DNA from: Paragordius varius
Taxonomy: Eukaryota > Animalia > Nematomorpha
Direction: 5' to 3'
Assembly (NCBI GenBank): GCA_964247055.1
Contig: OZ176054.1
Span: forward strand, 11,160,001 to 11,224,000
DNA: 64,000 nt
Shown: one piece after another, positions 53,611-64,000 of the stretch
How the letters are laid out: the number at the start of each line of letters is the position of its first letter
How positions within the stretch are numbered: position 1 is the first letter of the stretch
Made by a program: the position numbers and the translations under genes
The notes under the pieces: generated by a model
The model's input: only the letters and a program-made list of their open reading frames with translations
Told to the model about the DNA's origin: nothing
The model's database searches: none

Positions 53611-56600
53611 CAATATTAATAAATCCATCAAAAACCACAGTAGTGTTATCTTTAGAGGTACACATGACACTTTTATTATTATGAGCAAATTTGGCCACAG
53701 ATGACTTCTCCCAGATATATCCATTTCTATCGCGGTATAAATAAGGCTGATTGTCATAGAGATATATGCTAAGGGATAGGGCTTGATTCTCGTTAGTCGT
53801 TACTTGCACATAACAGTCCGTAATATTAACGGTTATGTTATACAGTTTTTTGAAGGCTTTTAGCGATTCCGTTATCTTTGCACCGTTAGCCATATATAAT
53901 TGGGCGCTATAAGTGTGTTCTAATCAAATGAAGTTATATTACACACATACGTCTATACTATATTGTTTACACCTAGAATTGGTTTTTTAATACTTCAAGG
54001 TGGCCCTTGAAAAAAATATTGTTGGACGGCAAGATGAAAAACTGAGATATGACATTTAATAAATTATTGTTACATAAACAAACGTGTTAGGCATTTTTAA
54101 GTTTACGACCAACTTTAATACCTATGATGTTGTGTCAATCGGGGTAAATACAATTTTACATAAGAGTTTGCACAAAACCTGATCAATATGTTCTGATAGA
54201 TAATTGGGTGCCTTTGGTCATGCTGTAAAGAGTAAAAAATTTTAAAACTTACTCTATATAAAACCGCAATAGCACACGCTATGATTATTTAAAAAATAAC
54301 ATTTAAATTATACATAAACAATATTAAAAATCAAGAGTATGTTTTAACATGATTGGAGCTAGTAAAGTTTTAAATTTTAAAGCTCTCTACTATGGGCTAG
54401 TGTTCAAATAATCGCAACGAGATTGCACGATAATATTTTCTAAGATAATCCAAATAATGTCATCAAAAATTTTTATTTTAAAAACTCATAATACATTAAA
54501 AAATTAATTTTAAGCAAACTTAAAGCGTATTTTATGGTTGAAAAATACGATAACATAAAGTTTAAGATTTTTAAATTAAAACACTTTTTTTATATCGATT
54601 ATGCTCAATACATAACCTCAAATATTTTATTAAAAGATGTATGACTTTGAATCTAATCTAAATAGATTCGGAAGTAATATTAATTAAATTGACTTAAATG
54701 ACGACATTTAAAAAATCCAAGTTTGTTCATCATCAAATTATGCAGAAAAGTTGTAGTGATTATCTTTAAATTTTATGCCGTTCTACCATACTATTTCAAC
54801 ATGCATACCATCGATTATACTTTAACAAAACTTTGTTAATTAAACTTAGTATCCATGCATTTTTTGACTTTTTTACGTCATCCTTTATTTAAAATATAGT
54901 ATTGCGCATTCTGGAACTTTTTGTGTTTATTTTTTATAAAGGATCACAAAAAATAGTTTTAAGAGCTATCTTGTATTAAAAATTGAGATAAATATAACAT
55001 TGATTTATGTAGTAAGCTAGCACTTCCCAATTATATAGCATGATGTGCTAAATAATTTTCTCATTTTTCGATATCTAGTAATAAGTATAGCACTTTGAGA
55101 TACTTTATACATATATTTATGAGATGATATATAATTTATCAGGATATAAGTAATGAGAATGTATTATTAAAATTCAATTTAAATTATAAAATGTACAAAA
55201 TATTCCCATGAATTTTAAGGAAAACTACTTTTTTAAGATATTTCTTTGGCCCCGAAACTTGAGTTAAAAGGGCTTTGCATCTTATTTAACATACCCAAAA
55301 TATTATACAATAATACAAAAATCAGTTATGCTTACTTGGTTGGAAAGGTAGTGTTTTGCTTCTCAAAATATCAATCTTCTTTTCTAAAATAATATATAAT
55401 GATTAACAATATGCATTTTAATCTAACATAATCTTATAATTTTCGGGCTAAAACTTTATAAGCATTTAAAATATAACCAATTACCAAATTCTTTCATAGT
55501 TATAACCAATAATGTTATTTTAATTTGTTTAATTTATTTTATATTTTAAACACGGTTGTTAGATTTGGATACAACACATTCATTTCAGTACTTCGAGTCA
55601 AATTGGGGTAGTTGCAGGCCTGGTTAAAAATATTTAATTCAAAAATATGGAATGAATTGTAACCATGGAAAAAATTTGCACCCATATAACGTTAATGAAC
55701 CCAAATATATAAAAAAGTTCCATCAAAAATACTGATATTACTTATTTTAATGTAAAACCGCAAGGTAAATTAGTCATGGGTGTGCATTACCTAAATTTAA
55801 ATATAATAAAAGAAACCACTTATTATAATTCTATCATTGTTTGTGTTATAAATGATAATTAGCTATATTCATGGTGTAAAAATAAATAAAGACGATATTT
55901 GAAAATATGTTGCAAAATAAAAATGGCGTCGAACTAATTTAATATGAAACTTTTTCCAAAAATAATTTATTTGAATATTTCGGCTTGTTTATATAAATTT
56001 ATTAAGATAGAAGCATAAAATTAAATTAACACCGGTTCTTTCATTAATTTTTTAAAATATTAACTTAAATATAGTCTGGGATATTTAGATACCTTAATTT
56101 TAATCTAAGTGTTAATAATAATAGGGGGTTCATCAATCATGCATGCAGTCAGTATCCCTACAAATGGTTACAACAAAATGGAGTAATTTGTTTAATTTAG
56201 ATTTAAACTTCTTCCCTATTAATATGTTATTGTTCCATCTAACATTATAAACTGTCGTTTTGTATGTTTAGCTTAAACCGCGAACTGTATCAAAATTTTA
56301 TTTAAATGATTAAAATAAGGGTATTATGACATTATAACTATACAAATTCTTAAACACTTGGATACAACACATTCATTTTAATCCTTCGCAAATTGAGGTA
56401 GTTAAATACCCCAGGCCTTAAAATTAAATTCTTCAAAAAATATGGAAGGAATCGAAACCATGGCAAAATCTTGCACTTATATAACATTAATAACAGAAAT
56501 ATATAAAAAATTTATTCAAAAATATTTGATATTACTTATTTAAAGTTAAAACCGAAAGGTAAAAATTTAGTCAACGTGGCATGCGTACACTGGTAAAATT

Positions 56601-58921
56601 GAAAAATAATAAAATATACATCTTTTTCTATTTCCATAATGTTAGATGTAGTTTAAATAAAAAATTAGCTTTTACCCTTAAAATTAAATGAAGACGATAT
56701 TTTGCAAAAATTTTGTATAATAAAAATGGCGTCGAAGAATTTTGACAAGGAACTTTTTTTTCAAAATTATTCAAATATTTTGGCATATTTATATAATTTT
56801 TATTAGGATAGAAGCACAAATTTAAATTGGGCCCGTTTCCATATTTTTTTAAAAATCCTAACTCAAATTTAATCTGGGATATTTAGATACACCAATTTGA
56901 ATCGAAGTTTTAAATTCTTAAAATGTTGTGGGATTCATCTAATGACCACAGAGTCCATCTATGACTTTTTTATCCACTATTTTCCGGATCTATCGCTTTT
57001 TCGCTCACCTTCAACGGTATTCAATATGATTTTTAAAATCATAAGCCTACAAATATTGTTGGAATTGTTTTATTTAAGAATGTACCACGCTGATGCACAA
57101 TATTTAGCTGGTCACAAGGAAAAGTTTTAGAGATTTTCAAAACTTGGAATATGATTTTGTGACGCCTCGTTAATTTATACAGAGGCATATGAGCTGAAAC
57201 ATAGAATTCTATGTAAAAAATTGGAATAAAGAATTATAAAATTAATGTAAGCGTTTTATGGCAGTTTCCAGGCATCACAAACGGCGCAACGCTCGAGCTG
57301 AAAAAATTTAATTAGTAGAAAGAAATATCAATAAAATAATTACAATTTGATTAATTAACAGTCTGATAATTTTGTATATATACTCTATGTACACCCTGAT
57401 AGATAAAAGTATCCGAACTCTCATAATGCTTTTGGGTTTGCTCTTTGCAAAAAATATAGGAGAGTTTATAGTACTTTTCTGGTAACTCTATAACAAATTG
57501 GCGAATTCAGCGGATATTTTTCTAAATAAAAAATTTTTGGTGAAAGCTAAATTCTTCATCCCAAAAAATATCAAGAAAATATATCATGAATAATGTAAAA
57601 AGTAAATCAATTATAAAATTTATGATATCTGTGGGTTCAGAAAGTTTGAATTTTCAACACATCCAAAATGGGCATATTTTCTTAAACTAAACGCAATAAT
57701 GCCAATATTGCGCAAAAAGTTAGATATGTGCTAATGACATAAAAAAATTTTTTTCGAAAAATTGGGTATTTTGCTTAAAAATTATATTTATAGCTAGCAT
57801 TGGTGAAGCAAAACCTATTTTGAAGCATAGTGGAAACGGAGTAAAAACACTTTAAGATATTATGCTAACATTCATAACATTATGTTAAAATTTCTATCAT
57901 CGCAGATTTTTGATTAAAAGTGATGCACTAAATTTTTGCGCTATGTCGGCATTTTTGTGTTTAGTTGAGGAACTGCCAAATTAGACGGGTCCAAAAATTT
58001 GAGATTTTTGGAAAACACATCTAAAAATTTATAATTTAAAATGTGTGTTTTACTTTTAAGTTAGTTGATATACATAAAATTTCTTAAGCAAAATATGCGC
58101 AAAATTCGCTACTCTCTGATATAAAGTTACCACAAAAGTAGTATTAATCTTTTTTTTAAGGCCCGAAACCAAAAGCAGCGTGAGAATCCAGAGATATTGA
58201 TCTATTATTAGAAAGTCTATATATTTCATCAGGATATATTTTATGCCCCCGGATTTTGTGGGCAGTGTATATAGGAGGATGATAACTACATAAAGTAGAG
58301 TAGTTTGATATGTTGGAAGTTGATATTATGGGAAAAGAATGATCGATAATATAGTTGAATAAATTGCGACAATATTTGAATATAGAATATTCATAAAATA
58401 AAATATGGGGACATGTCCAATTGTGTTGTGATGGTATGTTTTATGAATATAATATATATAATAACAATTGGAGTAAATTGGTAATCTTCATATGCTTCAA
58501 CATCAACAATTTACCTACAAACTTTTATAAGTAAAGATCCCGTATTAAAAAATAATGTTGTAATCAATCAGCATATGTTATAATTAATCTAACAAATATG
58601 AAGCTAAATTAATAAAATTTTTACAAACATTTCGTATTTAAATATAATCTAAAATGGTCTAAATGATTTACACACACGTCTTAAGCTTCTACAATCACCA
58701 AGCGCAAATTTGCGTTTTTTCGCTAAAAATAATTATTTACTCATTGCAATTAAAAGAGACACATGCATCCAAAGTACCAGAACGTTAACCTAATCGGTAC
58801 GTAACATATATCGTTTTGGGGAAAAAATGACAAGCAAAACCAGTTTATGACTTTAAGCAAATAATTGAACCAGGTAGATAAAAATAATACATGTATATTG
58901 ATATTGAAACGTATAATGTTT

Positions 58922-58962
<41 letters not shown>

Positions 58963-60004
58963 ATTACCTTTGATATTGCCATGTTCAGCAATAAAAACTT
59001 CTAAATTAGAGGTAAAATTTAGTGTTCTGGAAGTATCTTTGCGTAAAGCATCATATGCAAAAATTATATTATCCTAAAGTAAAATATTGCAAATTAACTC
59101 TGGATTCATATTTTATATCGAATTTGGACATACGAATGTTACAATAAATTTGATAGGTTTGATTGAAATGTTCCTTTTTGAGAATAGGGTTCTCATCATA
59201 AACAACGCTAGAGTTTCCAATTTGTAAAAAACATTTCAATTTTTCCCATGTTATTGGAAAAATTTCCCCCTCTTTCGCATATACATCATGTTTTTCTATC
59301 ATAAATTAAATTGAATTAGTAAAGCCGAAAGCTTATTTAATCGATAAATCTCGATAAATTAATAGCTATATTCAATATTTTAAAAAATCTCGATTTTATT
59401 TAAACCTTAGGCCACCAGTTTCTTTTAATTTCAAATAATTGTGAAAATTTTAACATTCGATTGTAAATATCAGCAGTTACTTAATTTAATAATGCTTGCA
59501 ACAATTTGGGTTTTCTCATTGTAACATATAACTGGTCTATCCATATGTCTATATTCGGCAATTTCACTTTGTTCATAGATAGAGAAGTTTTGTTTATAAC
59601 ATTCGTGACATCGAAATTTATTTAAGAAGTTTTTAAACAATCGATTTGAAGTCTGATTTCTAAGATCGTCTAGGACTTTGATATAGCATTTATGCTCCGA
59701 AAGCCTATCTCCCTTCTTTACATATAAGAGTGAATAAGTATCTAAAAGTTACGATAAATAAAATGTAATGATAACCAAATTTATTATTGGATCAATTAAT
59801 TTACAATTCAATACACTGTGAAGGCGAAAATAATAACCAGATATAAAATATATATTCTGAAAAATAGATGTTTTATGAGTTTAATGATACTTTCGGTTGA
59901 GCCTAACGAGTGATTTAAAATTAAAACCATTTTTGTTGTCACTGCCTTATATCGCAATATGTGCACATTATGCCGATTAAAATGGTGTAAGCTAAATGCT
60001 TCAT
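53611..60004 (-). CDS. Uncharacterised modular (Ig-like?) protein, paralogue 2; exons 59741-59481, 59295-59099, 59073-58968, 55383-55336, 53919-53611; possible signal-peptide start at 60004
   Basis: Exons homologous to paralogue 1 with the same phases. MKHLAYTILIGIMCTYC from the ATG at 60004 looks like a signal peptide, but its splicing is unresolved. Confidence 0.7.
55560..56800. repeat. Diverged local tandem duplication (about 450 bp, period about 790 bp)
   Basis: TTGGATACAACACATTCATTT...AAAATGGCGTCGAA recurs at about 55565-55935 and 56358-56735. Confidence 0.8.
57620..58026. mobile_element. MITE family C, degenerate
   Basis: Right end TTAGACGGGTCCAAAAATTTGAGA...CACATCTAAAA; family-type interior. 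Confidence 0.6.
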
Positions 60005-60064
60005 TTAAAAAAATATTACTAAAATATATCATAAACTATATAAATAATTTTTATAAAAAATTTA

Positions 60065-60653
60065 AAATATAAAATGTCTCAAACTTTTGGAACTAACCGC
60101 AAAAATGCCGTACGTTTAATATGTGCTAAATTTTGACATCAAAATAGTTTTTCCCGAAAAAATGAATATTTTGCTGAAAAATTTATTTTTTAGCAAAATT
60201 TTGGATAATTCGTATTTTAAGAATGGTGGAAACGGTATATAAACACTTAATGATATTGTAAAAAATTCTTTTATATATTATTTGATAATGCTGCACATTT
60301 TTATAATATCAGGATCTTATTATAGAATGTGTATGACTTTAAATTTTAAATGATTTTTTTGTAACAAAAACTTATTATTCTTACATAAACATTTTGAATC
60401 AAAATTCTGAGGTAAATTTTCTGCATCATCAAATCATATAAGGGGTTCTCTCACATCGTTTCCACCTTCATAATACCAAAAAAATTCAGATCATCAAAAT
60501 TTTGCTTTAATTAAAAAATCCACTTTTTAGGAAGCATTTTTTATGACAAAATTTATTACATGTTTAAAAATTTTATCGTTTTTTTTTGATTTAGATTAAA
60601 AAATTCCATTTTAGATAAGTTTAAAATTTAAGGCTTTCGGAGTTCACATCTAA
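60065..60653. mobile_element. MITE family C, degenerate
   Basis: GTCTCAAACTTTTGG at the left and GGCTTTCGGAGTTCACATCTAA at the right. Confidence 0.55.
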
Positions 60654-62639
60654 CATTTAAAATTTATAATGCATTTTTAGTTTATGATATAGCGATGTTT
60701 TTGAAATAAAGCATATAGCTTTCTCCAAAAAATTATAAGTATGTGCTTAAAATTTGCCATATAATGCAGTTACTACAAAAGTGGTAATAACTTTTACATC
60801 CACTTATAATACCCAAAACCAAAAGCACCTTGAAATTCCTGATACATATATTAATCTAAATAATTTTAGTGTGAGCTGTGTATATTTGTGATGGAATAAT
60901 TTTATGTAATAATCAATTTTTTTAAAAACTTATATAAATTGAATATACCTTCATGTATTATCTTATATAGACATAAAAATGGCTACTTTCTATTAGACAA
61001 TGAGGCATAAACGGCTTAAAAAAAGTTTTTTATTTTAAAAGTTTATTAAAAAAATTTATTTTATATGTATGCTTCAAACATTCACACCACCTCATTTGTA
61101 TGATAAGGCGCGCTCTTTGCTTTTGATACAAAATCTTTTTCGATGATATATTAACAAAATTACATTTTTAAGATAAATTAATCAAAAATATTTAAAAAGA
61201 GATTCCTTTAACTGCCACGATATCAATTATTATCTTAAGTCGTTAACACACAGTTGTTTGATCAATACATTTTTAACCCATATATATTTCCTTAGTAAAC
61301 AATCTACAAAATAATTATTAGCATTTAAAACATATTTCGATTTTGTCGCTTTGTAAAGAACCTTATAGTTACTATTTATTTAACTATATATTGTAAACAT
61401 TACACAAAAAGTGTCAATTCAAAGATACTCACCTTTATTACATTATAAATAAAATATTTAATGGTATGATAAATAATTACCAAAGGTTATTTTTGATGTC
61501 ATGTTGCGAAGATTTCTAAGTTTGGATATTCCATTATCTAACATATGAATAAATTTCAATCATTAAATTTTATTAACACTTCGATCAAGGTTTATAATGC
61601 TATAAGAATATAAAGCATATGATCTCAATTTAAAGCTTCAATTACAATAAAAATAATTATATATGGCTAATTATCTATGGCTAATTATCTATCATGAACT
61701 CTCCTCATTTATTTCGAATTATTTGGAAAGGCGTTTTTATGAAAATGGATATTTATTTGAAAATTCAGATTTTGAAAATGTTTAAATTCAAATTTTTAAA
61801 CATTTTTTTTGGATAAAAGTCGGAAATCAAAAATCTAATTTTATTACATACGCATCAAGCTAATTTAAAAATTATTATATTCAAACATTTTTTCATCATT
61901 TGTGCATGGAGCGAAAAAATATTGACTCAAAGCGTGTTTACACAAAACTTATTTTGACCAGAATTTACCCTAAAATTATTAACAAAAATATTAATTATTG
62001 GTGTAATTTCATCCTCTATAACATAAATATATATGGATCAGGCTTTACATGTAATCTAAAGACACATTGAGAATAAATAGGACTCGATCTATGCATAATT
62101 ATATAAAGAACATGGAAAAAGAAATAAAGTTCTCCCTTAACCGTAATTATTATCGTTCAGAGTTTGGTTTCAAAACTCTAACTTGACAAAATTGGTAAAT
62201 TTATCAGTGTAAAACAATTTATATATCGACGCTGTCAAATTATTTTCTTTTAATAAAATATATGGTTGTTTTTTTAAAAAAATACAACATTTGTATAAAT
62301 ATATCATCTCTATGGAAATTAAGGGTCACTTGACCATATATATAAAAGCACCCCAATTAATTAACAAACATTTAAAAGGTCATTTATCTATAAATATGGT
62401 GATTTTATCTGTTCTAAAATTCCATTCAAAAATTAATAAAGCGATAATTTACTATTAAAATTATATAGTGTAATTACATGGAAAATGTTTGTTAAATATA
62501 TCTAAAATTATTATTACTTTTTCGTAAGGCATTTTCACATTTATAGGGTCCCAATATACATGCAACAACAATCAATAATGTATTAATCAGATAAATTTTA
62601 GCCATTTTAGAAAAAAAACAAATAATGAAAAAAAATTTA

Positions 62640-62685
<46 letters not shown>

Positions 62686-63619
62686 TTTTTTTATCGATAC
62701 AAATCTAAAATACAAATGTACAAACTGGATATATCATCGCCCTTCGCGTATTTTTTTTTGTTAAAAACAATCAATCGAGTCTAAAAATAAGTGTAAAATT
62801 TTACAATATACATAAAAAAAACTTAATTGCGCTATCAATTATTTTAAGGTGATATATTAGAAGAACAATTTTATAGGTAATAAAAATTGATTCAATTACT
62901 CATTTTGTATAGTCTGAAATATTTTATCTGTAAAATAAACGATCCAATGAAATTGAGCCAGGTATATAAAACCGGATGTTTATTTGTATTTTTTTATCGT
63001 TTAAATAATAATCATAATAATAAAAATAAAAAACGAATCTTATATCAATGTAATATATTAAAAGTATTAGGCTATTAATTCAACAAGTATTGAGCTACTC
63101 AATTAAAATATTTGAAGATAATATATGGAAAATAACTATTTTTTTTGTTTAATTTATTATAACACGTTCAACTGCTTAAATGGCAGTCAGTATTTTAATA
63201 ATTATAACAAGAGTTAATTAATACTTATACTGAGAAATAATTTACCAATTAAATAGCTTCCAATAGGGCTCATATCGGTAGAAACCTTAATTATAAATTT
63301 AAAATTTGACAATTTTTACCATGTTTTTTTTACATCAAATCAAATTAGAAGAATAGAGTTTTATACTAATTATTATATAAATTTTTAACATCACTTAATA
63401 AACTGTAAAATAAAATTGGCATGGGTTTTTTTGAAATAAGTAATGACTATTGAAAAATTATATATAAAAAATTTAATTCTTGAAATAAAATTTACTATGA
63501 TCATAATTAAACATCTATTTCGCTACGTATATTAACATTAACTTGTTATTTTTTGTCAACGGAATATTACATGTTATTGAAAGAAATTAATTTTATGGAC
63601 AAAAAATTTAGGCACATCA

Positions 63620-64000
63620 TATATGAATTGATGTATCGTCTTTGTGTAATGGCTAGCCATTGTATCCGTATAGAAGCTGTCTGTAATATTTGCGATCCTG
63701 CCAGGCGTTATTATCAATGTTGGCAACACTTAAATCATTATTTATTGTTTTTCCCAGTTAAATGTTCTGCCCCTGCGATGGTTACCTTCGGGATGTAGGC
63801 ATAAAATTTTATTTGTCCATTGTTCTGGAGCACGTTTGATGTGTCCGAAATACTATTTTTTCTGAGCATAAATTTAAAGGTTCGATTTGGTACAGTGATG
63901 CAAATTTGAATTAGACTTATTGGTGTCGAATAGCTTTTCTATGTTCATAAGTTTTTTCTCGATTGAATCTGTCATCGGCCATATCTCGCTTTGTTTTTTG
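63620..64000 (-). mobile_element. RTE-like non-LTR retrotransposon 3' fragment
   Basis: The minus strand reads YFGHIKRAPEQWTNKILCLHPEGNHRRGR.FNW, then AWQDRKYYRQLL, the RTE C-terminal pattern; runs off the window end. Confidence 0.65.

Noticed and set aside
63553-63798. Plus-strand Cys-rich 81-aa ORF
   Set aside because: Antisense to the RTE-like remnant, which explains the region better.

Overview
AT-rich eukaryotic genomic DNA (roughly 25% GC by eye, not computed), probably from an animal, and heavily loaded with transposons. Host genes: (1) a minus-strand BACK-domain gene whose 3' exons were assembled by hand (16022-15850, 12345-12236, 12169-12091, 6249-5221); (2) a divergently oriented 10-exon TFG (PB1 + coiled-coil + low-complexity) orthologue at 19363-27727; (3) two tandem paralogues of an unrecognised minus-strand modular gene (about 37.1-43.6 kb and 53.6-60.0 kb). 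The paralogues are built from symmetric phase 1-1 exons encoding about 90-100 aa modules, two of them with Cys pairs, an Ig-superfamily-like architecture, and they show mosaic divergence. Spliceosomal introns of only 25-32 nt coexist with multi-kb TE-filled introns. Mobile elements: two full-length but degenerate Mag-like Ty3/gypsy LTR retrotransposons with 5-bp TSDs, three mariner fossils, two RTE-like LINE 3' fragments, several MITE families (some nested) and a 3.3-kb non-coding foldback structure. No rRNA, tRNA or CRISPR array was recognised. Gene models were read by hand and are unvalidated; some frameshifts could be assembly errors.
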